Shown: positions 40,676 to 50,440 of the stretch, one piece after another
How the letters are laid out: every line of letters starts with the position of its first letter
Numbering within the stretch: position 1 is the first letter of the stretch
Origin: a virus
Length of the DNA: 64,000 nucleotides
Reading direction: 5' to 3' (one strand)
Virus record (IMG/VR): IMGVR_UViG_3300043448_000837
Location: 32,001-96,000 of that record
Translations under genes and position numbers: made by a program
Notes under the pieces: model-generated
Databases searched by the model: none
Told to the model about the DNA's origin: nothing
Seen by the model: only the letters and a program-made list of their open reading frames with translations

Positions 40676-41026
40676 TCAGTCATCGAGTTGCTCCAGTGCG
40701 CGGCGGATAAGTGCGAGCTCTTCAGGGCCAAACGTGACATAGGCTCCGTCTGTTCCCGCTGGTTTTGCCAATTCCAACGCTTGTTCCTTCAAGCTCGGCG
40801 GCTTGGGACGGCGGGCGGCGCGGAGGGCAGGGATGGCCATGCCGTCTTCGCCCCAATAGCCCATGCGCTTCATCCATTCAATGACGGCATCCAGCTCCTG
40901 GTCGGCACCCCATTGGGCGGCTTTTCTGGCAACGTAGTGTACTACCGATTTCTTTTTGTTTGAAGCTTCGTCCATCCACTGGTGCAGCAAGTTTACCGGT
41001 GGTGGGGTGATGTTGTAGTCAGTCAT
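40676..41026 (-). CDS. Hypothetical protein, TPPP/QWGAD/PPSLKE family
   Basis: Paralog family. Confidence 0.65.
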   Translation of the reverse strand: MTDYNITPPPVNLLHQWMDEASNKKKSVVHYVARKAAQWGADQELDAVIEWMKRMGYWGEDGMAIPALRAARRPKPPSLKEQALELAKPAGTDGAYVTFGPEELALIRRALEQLDD

Positions 41027-41304
41027 TGGAACCCTCGAGAATCGCCTTGAAGAAAGCTAGCCGATCGGACGTGTAAGAACCGTCCACACCGTGACGAGCG
41101 CAGAACGCCAAAATAGCCTTGGTGGTTTCGCTTGGGTAAGGACTGGCGAAAGGACCGTACTCGATGTGATCGAGGAACTCTTGGCGCATGATTTTGCGCA
41201 GAGTTGCGATGTCGTCTTGATCCACGGTGATGGATCGTTCGCGCGGAGCGTAGCCGTAAAAGGTAATTTGCATTGCGGTAGAAAGTGATGTGGACGCAGT
41301 TGGG

Positions 41305-41712
41305 TCACTTGTTCATTTGCAGAGTAGGAACAGGCATTCCACCTTCAGTGGGAACGTAGATGGTTACGTTACCTTTGTTGGAACCTTCTTCCAGTCCAGT
41401 GATGTACAGATACTGGAGGTACTCGCGATTGTCCTTCAGAGAATCGCCAATGATCTGGTTTGCCTTGGCAACACCAGAAGCACGGATGATTTCGGCATCA
41501 GCAAGTTGTTGTGCAGAATCTTTCTTTGCTTGTGCTTCCAGAACTGCTACCTGGCGAGTGTATTCTGCCTTCTGAAGTTCTGCCTTACCGGCAAGAGATT
41601 GTTGCCACACATTATATTGTGGACCACCAATGAATACGATGGCAGCAAATACACCTACACCAAGCAAAATAGCAGCAACGGTGGGGTCAATAAATCCGTT
41701 TTGAGTTTTCAT
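41305..41712 (-). CDS. Membrane-anchored protein (SPFH-like coiled coil)
   Basis: TM helix then PQYNVWQQSLAGKAEL...IYVPTE. Confidence 0.65.
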   Translation of the reverse strand: MKTQNGFIDPTVAAILLGVGVFAAIVFIGGPQYNVWQQSLAGKAELQKAEYTRQVAVLEAQAKKDSAQQLADAEIIRASGVAKANQIIGDSLKDNREYLQYLYITGLEEGSNKGNVTIYVPTEGGMPVPTLQMNK

Positions 41713-42022
41713 GGTTTAGTGAGTAATAACGACAAGTTTTTCTTGGGGAATCAGACTCAGAATCTCATTCATCGTGGTAGATTCTTTCTCACCCAGAAAC
41801 TCTTTACAAATTTCCCCATAGTTTAGTCCAAATTCGTGAGTGAATACAGGACGACCCAGTGACTTCTCAACTGCTTCGTGAAAGACATCGAAGGGGCAAC
41901 AAAGTTCTTTTGTGAAAAGTTGAAATTCAGCAATTTCACGATAAGACTTTTCTTTCCACCACTCAGTATCATACAATGCAATTGCCTTTTCCGCACCAAT
42001 AGAATTTTTAGGAGACATATTT

Positions 42023-42559
42023 TCAGATTGCCTCCGTAACGATCTTGGCACCCTTGAACTTAGAGCGAGCACCTTTGTTCTTGGTGTCAACGCCGGTCAC
42101 CACCGCAACTTGCGGCGTGGCGGAACCAGTGTGCAGCAGAATATCACCTTTCTTCAGAACATCGGGAGTGCCGATGTAATGGATTTCCTTGCCATTGATA
42201 GAGGCGCTGAAGGTGTAAGGCACAACTTCTTCCAGTTGGTCCTTATCCAGAACGTGGATGGCACCGGTGGTCTTTTCCTCAATCAGATACTTGTTCTGAC
42301 TGTTGGTACCGATGTGAACGCCGTATGCGGTTTTGCCGTCAACAGTGAAGGAGTACAGGTTTTTGGTGTCAGTCATTTCAGTTTCTTGTTCGTAGGGTTT
42401 CAGGTCGATGCCGTAGGCATAGAAGGTTTGGCGAGAGTCTTGGTAGACGCACTTGTAGTAACCTTGCATATTGGCTTCTTGACGCCAAACTACTTCTGCG
42501 GGTTTTTTGCCGTTGGACTTGGTGACGAGGTCACCGATTTGAAATTTCATGGTGGTCAC
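42023..42559 (-). CDS. Hypothetical protein
   Basis: 178-aa coupled ORF. Confidence 0.7.
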   Translation of the reverse strand: MTTMKFQIGDLVTKSNGKKPAEVVWRQEANMQGYYKCVYQDSRQTFYAYGIDLKPYEQETEMTDTKNLYSFTVDGKTAYGVHIGTNSQNKYLIEEKTTGAIHVLDKDQLEEVVPYTFSASINGKEIHYIGTPDVLKKGDILLHTGSATPQVAVVTGVDTKNKGARSKFKGAKIVTEAI

Positions 42560-42846
42560 AGGTTTTCAACTTCGTAAAGGAGGACTTCAACTTCTTCCTC
42601 AGATAGATGCCCAAGAACATCATCAGTGATAGGAGTATCATAGCAGATATTCCAATCATCTTCAATTCCTTTGATGACTGCTACCTCATACATTCCTTCA
42701 TCAGCACCATATGAACCGCCAAATCCAAAAGGACTTGTAAAACGGACAACACTTACACCATATCCATTATCAAAGAATTGACGGGCAGCAATACCACGAT
42801 CAGGATAGTTAGTGTGGGGTTGAAAATTAAGATCCGAAAATTTCAT
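42556..42846 (-). CDS. Hypothetical protein (paralog of 14027..14305)
   Basis: Shared motifs. Confidence 0.7.
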   Translation of the reverse strand: MKFSDLNFQPHTNYPDRGIAARQFFDNGYGVSVVRFTSPFGFGGSYGADEGMYEVAVIKGIEDDWNICYDTPITDDVLGHLSEEEVEVLLYEVENL

Positions 42847-42904
42847 GTCGATTTATCTTGGGAAAATTTGTTGTTTCGAAGAACGGGGGGCCGAAGCCCC
42901 AGGC

Positions 42905-43738
42905 TCAGACCGCAGCGAGTTCGGTCAGCACGCGCATCGCACGCTGGTTGATGCGAGAACCTTGCCCAAAGTTGGCGTAGTTGAAGCGACCAGCGGCAGA
43001 CTTCCGCGAGTAGTTGGAAGCGTATTCGGTCACAGCGTTGAACGCATCGTAGAAGGTGCGACCTTCGTTACCGCGACCCGTGTAGAACAGGCCGTTCAGT
43101 TGGGTCACAAAGGAGTCACGCATGGTGTCAACATCTTTCTGGTAGATCGCCTCCAGAGCGTTACGGAACTGCGCCTGAGAGCAAGGCGTAACGGCCAGCT
43201 TATCCACGTACTCGGCGTATTTCTTCATCGCACCGTTGACGTAGTCAACCACAGCGGTGGATTCAAGCACACGCTCGTTCACACCAGCCTGGTGGCGGTA
43301 CTTCTCGCTCAGGTCAGAGTAGGCCATTGCGAAGGTGTTACCGCAGATGACGCGAGTGGCCGAAGGGCCGATTGCAACGCTGGCGTTACCAACGTGGCCG
43401 TTCAGAAGGGTGATGTAAGCCTTGTAGTTCTCGCCGATGACTTTGAACTCTTGGTTAACTTGGGCTTGGGCGAAGACCCGAGCACCGTTGTTCAGGTAAC
43501 CCATGTTCTCAACGGAGAGCAAACCTTCTTCAACCATGGGGTTGATCAGTTTCAGAAGGTCGCTGTTTTGAACCGTCTCGTAATTGGGGGACACGGAGCC
43601 AAGGCACTTACCGTTGTCATCGCGGACGACGGCAACCTTCTCGTCCCACTTGATGGGCTGACCGTCGTTCCCGGTGAAGAACAGGGGACGGTGAGACACG
43701 GTCCAGTCGAGGTTGTTGGTGACAGCAAAAGCAGGCAT
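42905..43738 (-). CDS. DUF932-family protein
   Basis: LDWTV, LGSVSPNYETVQN, NGH.G, RVICGNT, FNAVTEY; start MPAFAV. Confidence 0.8.
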   Translation of the reverse strand: MPAFAVTNNLDWTVSHRPLFFTGNDGQPIKWDEKVAVVRDDNGKCLGSVSPNYETVQNSDLLKLINPMVEEGLLSVENMGYLNNGARVFAQAQVNQEFKVIGENYKAYITLLNGHVGNASVAIGPSATRVICGNTFAMAYSDLSEKYRHQAGVNERVLESTAVVDYVNGAMKKYAEYVDKLAVTPCSQAQFRNALEAIYQKDVDTMRDSFVTQLNGLFYTGRGNEGRTFYDAFNAVTEYASNYSRKSAAGRFNYANFGQGSRINQRAMRVLTELAAV

Positions 43739-43769
43739 GTTGTTTTCGGAAGTTGTTTGAACTGTAAGT

Positions 43770-43836
43770 ATTATAGCGGGTTTTGGGACGGAAGTAAAGC
43801 GGGTAAACCGCCCCGGCAAGGTACGGTTAACCGCCC
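43770..43836 (-). repeat. Cassette/promoter repeat copy 16
   Basis: TTTACT-N17-TATAAT; abuts TGA at 43837. Confidence 0.88.
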
Positions 43837-44278
43837 TCAGCGCACGCAGTAGTCGCGCGAGCGAGTCCAGCCGATGGGGCAGGTTTCTCCACCATTGTAG
43901 AAAACTTGGGTGTTACCTTCAGGAACGCAGGCACCACCGGACGCAAACGTTCGGATTGGGCAGCTGCCAAATTTCTGCACAGGAATGCTCTGTGCCAGGA
44001 CAACTTGGCCGAAGATCACAGAGCTGAGGCAAAACAGAAACGGTTTCATTCTGAGAGATTCAGGTCGTTTACGAACAGAAAAGAAAGACCAGCGTCGCAA
44101 GCGTCCGCCATGAAAAGACCTTCGTGGCGAAGCAGTTCCGCATCAGCATGGTTTCCTTGTTTATAGAGGAACTCAACCTGATCAGCCATGTCTTCAAGAC
44201 GACTCGCAACGAGCGTCTGAAGTTCAATTCCGCGCATATTTTCGAATTCCTCGATGAAATAAGAGTGTTCGGTGTGGT

Positions 44279-44419
44279 TCACAGGTACTTGAGCTCCAGG
44301 GCTTGAATGATCGGCTCAATCTCACGAGCAGTGTAAGCAGTGGCGCTGTAAACACCGTCAACGTAAATGTCGTATCGGGGGCCGAGGTGGGTACGGCGAA
44401 CCTTGGTAGTGATCTTCAT
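44279..44419 (-). CDS. 46-aa protein (not in ORF track)
   Basis: MKITTKVRRTHLGPRYDIYVDG...; leaderless start. Confidence 0.65.
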   Translation of the reverse strand: MKITTKVRRTHLGPRYDIYVDGVYSATAYTAREIEPIIQALELKYL

Positions 44420-44425
44420 GTTATA

Positions 44426-44491
44426 ACTATAGCTGGTTTTGGCACGGGAGTAAAGGGGGTAAACCGCCCTGGCGTGGGCGGGTAACCGCCC
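44426..44491 (-). repeat. Cassette/promoter repeat copy 17
   Basis: TTTACT-N17-TATAGT; TGA at 44493. Confidence 0.88.
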
Positions 44492-45281
44492 CTCAGGCGT
44501 CCCCGAACTCTTTCTTCAGGCGTTCGTACTCCTGGCGACGACTGTTTCGAATGAACTCTTCTCTTTTGAGACGAGCGTTAAATTCCTCGTCATTTTCCTC
44601 CCTTTGCTTGGTTACCGTAAAGATTGCGGTAACGCAGTCGTAATATCCTCGCTCGGCTTCCAGTTCCACTTGCGTGAAACCTTGTTCCATCGCTTCCGTC
44701 AAATTTGCAATAGCTGTTTGGATGGAACAATAGTCGATGTCGAGTTGACGAGTCTCGGTAATTTGTTGACGTTTTTGTGCAGTCATTGTTTTGTAATTTT
44801 AGGTTTTAGTAAGGGCTTGTTTTTGAGCCTCGATCCAGCGGCTCTCAAAAAACTCTCTCATCGCGTCGCGAAAGGCGAGGATGGCTTCTTGCTGAGCTTT
44901 ACTGTGCAGAGAGTCTGCCAAGTAAGTCGCGTGGCGATGAACCAAGCTCTCGAAGTCTCTCGCCCCGGCTTCGTACGCCTTTGCGTAGAACTCTTTCAGG
45001 TCGGATGTCAGTGAATCGATGGCGTCAGTCATTGTTGTCCCAGTCAGCAACTGTGGTATAGGTTTCGATAAGAACAAGTGTTTGTCCTAACAATCTGTGG
45101 TTTTGATAGTCTGCAAACGCTTCTTCGCGAGTCGGATAACCATACGTGTTGAAGACATATTCACCCCAACTGGTTTGGGGGTCTAGCAGATGCCCCTCTT
45201 TAGAGAGAAGCTTCCAGCAGTAGCTGATTTCGACTTTTGTTTTCATTTTGCGGGGTTCATAAACAACAAGTGGCATTGTGA

Positions 45282-45995
45282 TCAAGCTCGAATTTCAACG
45301 AGTTCCTTCCGGTGGCAGTCCCAGAGGACCAGGGCAGGCGACTCTTCGCAGAACCACGACCGCTTGACCCCACCGCAACCGGCATCGAGCACCAAAGAAT
45401 TTTCGGTTGAACAAACCACGTGGTAGTGTCCGGCGACGCGCACCCAGGGCCGCTCGCTGGCGTGCTCCCACCAGAATACACGACCTTTCCCTTCTTTACT
45501 GTTCGGTCCGTACATCATCAGGCTCTTCGCCTTCTTCGGCACGTCAAATACCATGTGAAACAGCGGGTATTCAGGCACTTCGAGCCAGGAAGGGAAGTAT
45601 GCGTGTGAGCATCTGTACTCCTGGTTTGAATCATCGCGAAAACAGAAGCCGTAAGGCATCGTTTCCAGCCACTGGCCCACCTCCGACAGCGGAATCTCAG
45701 CCGCCGCGAAATCCTCAATCGTGCGAGCCAACTCAGGCGAAACGTGAACGTTATTTCCGCGAATGTATCGCTCCAGCTTGTCCTGGTGGTTGGAACGCAG
45801 AACAATCGCACCCAGTTCTTTCTGAGCTTGCTTCAGCAGCTGGTACACACCAGCGGAATCGCTGAAGTCGCAGCGGGAGTCAAACACATCGCCCAGAATT
45901 ACGGGAATCAGAGCGTTGGTTTGGCAGTATGCGAGCGCCTCCCACAGAGGGCGATACTGCGAGTGAATATCGCCGATCAGAGCGTAGCTACGCAT
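45282..45995 (-). CDS. Metallophosphoesterase (PNKP/Ap4A-hydrolase-like)
   Basis: Start MRSYALIGDIH; GDVFDSR, SNHQDKL, HAY, GHYH, LDAGC. Confidence 0.85.
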   Translation of the reverse strand: MRSYALIGDIHSQYRPLWEALAYCQTNALIPVILGDVFDSRCDFSDSAGVYQLLKQAQKELGAIVLRSNHQDKLERYIRGNNVHVSPELARTIEDFAAAEIPLSEVGQWLETMPYGFCFRDDSNQEYRCSHAYFPSWLEVPEYPLFHMVFDVPKKAKSLMMYGPNSKEGKGRVFWWEHASERPWVRVAGHYHVVCSTENSLVLDAGCGGVKRSWFCEESPALVLWDCHRKELVEIRA

Positions 45996-46213
45996 GTCTA
46001 GCCCACCTCCACTTCTTTGATCTTGTAGTAATCGTATTCTCTCAAGTCGCCATCGCAATCTACGAAAGAACCGTCTTTCAACGATTCCCCATAGTTCTTC
46101 GCATCTTCCTTATTCATGAAGACCGACACCGAGTATTCTACATCCTCACCCTCGTAGTCCATGCCACCGCAAACCACGTAAACCACCATCCCTTTCTTCA
46201 TTTCCATACCTTT

Positions 46214-46280
46214 AGTATAGCTCATCCTGCCGGTTTTCGAAAGGGGGGCAAACCGCCCTCCCAGGTACGGTTAACCGCCC
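46214..46280 (-). repeat. Cassette/promoter repeat copy 18
   Basis: TTTCGA..TATACT; abuts TGA at 46281. Confidence 0.9.
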
Positions 46281-47372
46281 TCACAGGCCCAGCAAGGCGT
46301 CCAGCTGCTTGGGCTTCATTTTCCCCACGAATTCCATGAAGTTCGCGTACTTGCCGGCACGAATGCCGAACATTGCACCGGAAACATTCGGGTGGTTTTC
46401 GAGGACAATGCCCGCAAATTCCTTCTGGGAGTAACCTTCGTACAGTCGCACGAAGCCCTCAACCATGAACCCGATATCGCCGATACGATCGCGCAAAGCG
46501 TTGAACTCTGCGGAATAGTCGGGGAAGTGCAGCAGGAACTCGTCCAGATCGTCGTTCAGGTACAGCTCGGAGAAGTCAGGATCCCCGTTACCGCGAACGC
46601 GATGCAACTGAACGTAAACGTCGGACTTGACCTTGATTCGGTTACCGTTCGCGTCGCAAACGATGAAGCCTTCGTGGTCGGCACCGCGAGCGTTGACTGC
46701 GTCAACGATGTTGTCAGCACCGAAATTGAAGGACTCAGCCACCCAGAATACGCGGGAGAAATCACCCAGCGGCAACTCTACGAAATCGTTCGCACGATCC
46801 CGCACTGCCAGCAGCCGTAACATCGGCTCGTCGTACTTCACAACGATCCGGTTCTCGGCAGCGCACAACTCAAACACGTAGCAGTAATTCGGGTTCAGAT
46901 CGAAAGCGTTATAGCGCATGTACCGGAAGGTATCCCAGAACAGCTCTTCAAACGACATACCGGAATCACCAACGCTGCCAGCACCGCCGACAGAACCGGA
47001 GGTAGAAACAACCCACTGCACACCGTTCCAGAACAGTTTAATCAGCGAGCCATCATACTTCTCGTATACGTTCGCGGAGGACCAATCAATCTCATCAGCT
47101 TCAGCTTCGCCCAGGTTGAAGAAACGGTCGAAAGCGTAAGCAACCAGGCGAAAGTACGGCGAATGATCACCGTCGTTATCCACTCGCTCTACGACGGCAC
47201 CACGGCAAGCACGTACGATCGGGTTACCCTTGTCGGTACCAATTACTCCGTACTTCAGGTTGAACAAACCAGGGAAACGGTCGTCCGTAGAAACGCGGAT
47301 GTCCAGGTCCGCCAGGGGACCCAGCCCATAGTCGTTCAGCCAGTTGATCAGGTTGTTTCGCAAGTTATCCAT
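46281..47372 (-). CDS. RNA ligase, T4 Rnl1-like
   Basis: CRG, RFFN, EKYDGSL, FEL..ENRIVV, EGFIV, KVKS; single-gene cassette. Confidence 0.9.
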   Translation of the reverse strand: MDNLRNNLINWLNDYGLGPLADLDIRVSTDDRFPGLFNLKYGVIGTDKGNPIVRACRGAVVERVDNDGDHSPYFRLVAYAFDRFFNLGEAEADEIDWSSANVYEKYDGSLIKLFWNGVQWVVSTSGSVGGAGSVGDSGMSFEELFWDTFRYMRYNAFDLNPNYCYVFELCAAENRIVVKYDEPMLRLLAVRDRANDFVELPLGDFSRVFWVAESFNFGADNIVDAVNARGADHEGFIVCDANGNRIKVKSDVYVQLHRVRGNGDPDFSELYLNDDLDEFLLHFPDYSAEFNALRDRIGDIGFMVEGFVRLYEGYSQKEFAGIVLENHPNVSGAMFGIRAGKYANFMEFVGKMKPKQLDALLGL

Positions 47373-47378
47373 GCTATA

Positions 47379-47444
47379 AGCATAGCGCTTTTTGGCCCAG
47401 GGGTAAAGGGGGTAAACCGCCCTCCCAGGTACGGTTAACCGTCC
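47379..47444 (-). repeat. Cassette/promoter repeat copy 19
   Basis: Supplies TAA stop (..DG*); ATG 6 nt after TATGCT. Confidence 0.9.
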
Positions 47445-47620
47445 ACTTTCTCTTTCTTGAGCTCTTCCAACGTTCTTTCAATTGAAACCAAACGATTTCC
47501 GATTTGCATCAAAAGGTCGGTTAAACCCTCGATCTCTTCGTGAATATCCTGATGGTGAAACCGCAAGGGTTTCTGAATAATTTTTCTGAGCTTTGCTTTT
47601 TTCATTTTACAGAAAAAACA

Positions 47621-47692
47621 TACTCCCAGCCAGATTTGAACTGACGACATCCCACTTGTAAGGAGGGCGCTCTACCGCTGAGCTATAGGAGC
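47621..47692 (-). tRNA. tRNA-Val(TAC)
   Basis: Loop CTTACAA. Confidence 0.88.
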
Positions 47693-47764
47693 TGGCGGCC
47701 CTTTTGTTGACGGAGTGAAGCCGAACTCCGAGGGTACTTGCAAGTTTGGACCTTACTTTCCCCG

Positions 47765-47839
47765 ATCCGCCGTGCGGGAATCGAACCCGCTATCGATCTC
47801 CCTTGTCGGGGTGTCATTGCCATTTAGACTACCGACGGA
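47765..47839 (-). ncRNA. Degenerate tRNA / tRNA-like element
   Basis: Acceptor stem and T-arm intact, anticodon arm irregular. Confidence 0.55.
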
Positions 47840-47934
47840 AGGAGCCGCTTACGGCGGCAAGTCGTCACACGGAAGGGGATTTACCACCTCGAAAGGGGGT
47901 GGAACCACCCCGGAAAGGGGTGGAAGCGACTAGC

Positions 47935-49431
47935 TCAGAAGGTGAACTTCGTTTGAATTACGCCACCAAAGTTAGACGAAGCGCCGGTGAACGCTTGGTT
48001 GTTGGTTACGTAGAAGACAGCGGGAGTGATCGAGATGTTGTCGCTCACACGGTACTTGTAGAAGGCTTCCCACATCAGAGCATCCTTGGAAAGACTTGCG
48101 GCATTTCCAGGTTGGCCGATAGCGAAACCAGCACCGTTGCCTTTCGCGAAGACGTCACTCCACTGAAGGCCAGCGTACCACGATTCAGCGTTGGTTGCAC
48201 CTGCAGGAGTGGTCTTGTTTTGAGCGGTCAGGCTCACAGTGTTCCAGCCGTAGCCAGCGCTCACAGAGGGCACGATTCCAGACTTGGAAGGTTGCCAGTA
48301 GGCGCTGATTGCGTAGCCGTTGGAAGTTTGACCGGGAGCAAGAACGCCAGAACCACCGTTCAGAGCGTTAAAAGTGCGAACCCGAGTTCCTTCCGTACCG
48401 TAGCGGTAACCGAACGCAACACCGTAATTAGAAGCACGGTAGCCAACTTGAGCCATCGTGTTCAGGGCGCCGGATTCGTTGAACTCACCCTTGGTGGAAT
48501 CGTTTCCATTCTGGGCAACGTAGTTCAGACCAGCCACGAAACCTTTCTTGCCGGGCTGCCTCCACTGGGCGCCGAAACCTGCACCGGTTGCCTTGTTGTA
48601 AACACCAGGCGCACCAGCAAGCTGGAAGAAGTCAAGGATTTCCGACTTGTACGCGGAAGGAATCCAGGCCATCTCCGTGTTACGAACCAGGGGGCCAGCG
48701 GTCAGGGTTAGACCCTTCGTGAAGGCGGGGAACTGGTAGTACAGGCGATCCAGTTTGACAGTGTCGGCGGTGCTTTCAGCCTTGTCCAGCTTGAACAGCG
48801 AGGAGCTTGATCCGAAAGGTTGAGCCGAGAAGTTACCGGAACGCAGGCGAGTGCGCAGCAGATCTTTGCCGGTGAACGACGTGTCGAAGTTCAGGCGAAG
48901 GTCGTAGTTGAAGGCGGTTTCCCCAACGTTCGTGCTGGGAGCGTTTTTGCCAACACCGGGAGTCTTGGCGCCATCAACTCCACCCAGAATGAAATTTGCT
49001 TCACCGCGAAGTTTGGTGGTGGTTGAGAACTGAGTTGCTTCCAGTTGACCAACCTTGGCTTCCAGCTTACTCACGCGACCGCGAATCACGGCCAGTTCAG
49101 CGGCGAACTCACGGGCAAGACGATTGAGTTCGTCCGTGACTTCAGTTACGCGATCCAGGCAGGCATTCAGCAGGGCGGCAGCTTCGTAACGGGTCATCGC
49201 TTGACCGCCACCGTAAGTTCCGTCCGGGTAACCTGCAACGCAACCGTAGTTTTCTACGAGTTTTTGCAGAGCACCGTACGCCCAGTCGGTAGGCTTGACG
49301 TCTGAGAATTGAGCAATGCTCGTCACTTGCTCGGAAGAGTATTGATTGACTGCGGCGATATTAAGATCAGCTGCAGATGCTACCAGCGGCGTCGTAACAA
49401 CAGCACCGGCAACAATAAAAGATTTGATCAT
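47935..49431 (-). CDS. Cyanobacterial SomA/SomB-type porin (SLH + OprB-like)
   Basis: Signal peptide; FSDVKPTDWAY..YGCVAGYPDG..TRYEAAA; QFSTTTKL; C-terminal FTF. Confidence 0.93.
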   Translation of the reverse strand: MIKSFIVAGAVVTTPLVASAADLNIAAVNQYSSEQVTSIAQFSDVKPTDWAYGALQKLVENYGCVAGYPDGTYGGGQAMTRYEAAALLNACLDRVTEVTDELNRLAREFAAELAVIRGRVSKLEAKVGQLEATQFSTTTKLRGEANFILGGVDGAKTPGVGKNAPSTNVGETAFNYDLRLNFDTSFTGKDLLRTRLRSGNFSAQPFGSSSSLFKLDKAESTADTVKLDRLYYQFPAFTKGLTLTAGPLVRNTEMAWIPSAYKSEILDFFQLAGAPGVYNKATGAGFGAQWRQPGKKGFVAGLNYVAQNGNDSTKGEFNESGALNTMAQVGYRASNYGVAFGYRYGTEGTRVRTFNALNGGSGVLAPGQTSNGYAISAYWQPSKSGIVPSVSAGYGWNTVSLTAQNKTTPAGATNAESWYAGLQWSDVFAKGNGAGFAIGQPGNAASLSKDALMWEAFYKYRVSDNISITPAVFYVTNNQAFTGASSNFGGVIQTKFTF

Positions 49432-49486
49432 GCTCTATATAGTTAGAGTGTTTTGTACAAAACCCCCGATTAGAGTGATCGGGGAA

Positions 49487-49558
49487 AGCGGAATACCGGG
49501 ATCGAACCGGTGACATCTTGCTTGGAAGGCGAGCGTTCTACCGCTGAACTAATTCCGC
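49487..49558 (-). tRNA. tRNA-Gly(TCC)
   Basis: Loop CTTCCAA. Confidence 0.9.
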
Positions 49559-49938
49559 GAATTTCTGTAAGTTCGAGTGGACTTACCTTTGTTTAAATTC
49601 CTAAAGTTAGGTGTGAGCGAATGGCAGTTTGGACACAGCAACTCAAGGTTGGACGGGTTGTTGTTTGTAGCGTCCCCATCGATGTGATTGATTTCTAGGG
49701 GAACGTTTCTGGTGACAGGGTGAACTTCACCCCACCCGCACCTTGGGCAACGGTTGTTGGCCTGCTCAAGTAAGAACCTCCGAATGTGATTTGATTGCTT
49801 AACCTGTGAGCCCAGGGTTATCTCACCGGATAACCACTTACGGATGGCCTCTTGATACTGATAATCTATCTGACAGCGGTTGCTGCAGTATTTGTTAGTT
49901 TTTCGGCGGCAGGTTGCCCCGCAAGTTAAGCAAGTCAT
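49549..49938 (-). CDS. HNH endonuclease between two tRNA genes
   Basis: Start MTCLTCG; LEINHIDG..NN..NLELLCPNCH. Confidence 0.88.
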   Translation of the reverse strand: MTCLTCGATCRRKTNKYCSNRCQIDYQYQEAIRKWLSGEITLGSQVKQSNHIRRFLLEQANNRCPRCGWGEVHPVTRNVPLEINHIDGDATNNNPSNLELLCPNCHSLTPNFRNLNKGKSTRTYRNSRN

Positions 49939-49947
49939 AATTGAAGG

Positions 49948-50019
49948 AGCCCCCGACATGATTTGAACACGCGACATCCTCATTACAAGTGAGGCGCTCT
50001 ACCACTGAGCTACAAGGGC
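49948..50019 (-). tRNA. tRNA-Thr(TGT)
   Basis: Loop CTTGTAA. Confidence 0.9.
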
Positions 50020-50071
50020 AGAAGAAAAGGTGCTTTCGCACCTAGCATAGTCACAAGCGAAGTTCGTAAAC

Positions 50072-50440
50072 TTAGGCTCGCGAGTAACACACGTTAATGT
50101 GGCCACGGCCAGGATTTGCCAGCGCCTGGAAAGCAGCGTAGGAGAGATCAAGGTCTCGCCCAGCCACGAATGGGCCACGATCGTTGATTCGCACGACGAC
50201 CGAACGGCCCCCGTGAGTTACTCGAAGTCGGGTTCCGAACGGAAGATTACGGTGTGCCGCTGTCAAGGCATAGGTGTTAAACCGTTCTCCGCTCGCTGTA
50301 GTTTGACCGTGATAACCGTCACCTACTCCATAATAGCTGGCGCCAGAGCATGACGAAGCTAGAGAAGGCGATGGAGCCAGGAAAGTCATTCCGGCAACGG
50401 CGGCCAAACCAAACAAACCCTTCAGTTTCGAAACAAGCAT
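50072..50440 (-). CDS. rlpA: RlpA-like (DPBB) lytic transglycosylase
   Basis: [31 protein letters not shown]. Confidence 0.9.
   Translation of the reverse strand: MLVSKLKGLFGLAAVAGMTFLAPSPSLASSCSGASYYGVGDGYHGQTTASGERFNTYALTAAHRNLPFGTRLRVTHGGRSVVVRINDRGPFVAGRDLDLSYAAFQALANPGRGHINVCYSRA

Noticed and set aside
42845-48711. Long alternative ORFs such as 42845..43852 +, 47746..48711 +, also 58462..59385 + and 10150..10893 +
   Set aside because: Antisense shadows of well-supported minus-strand genes
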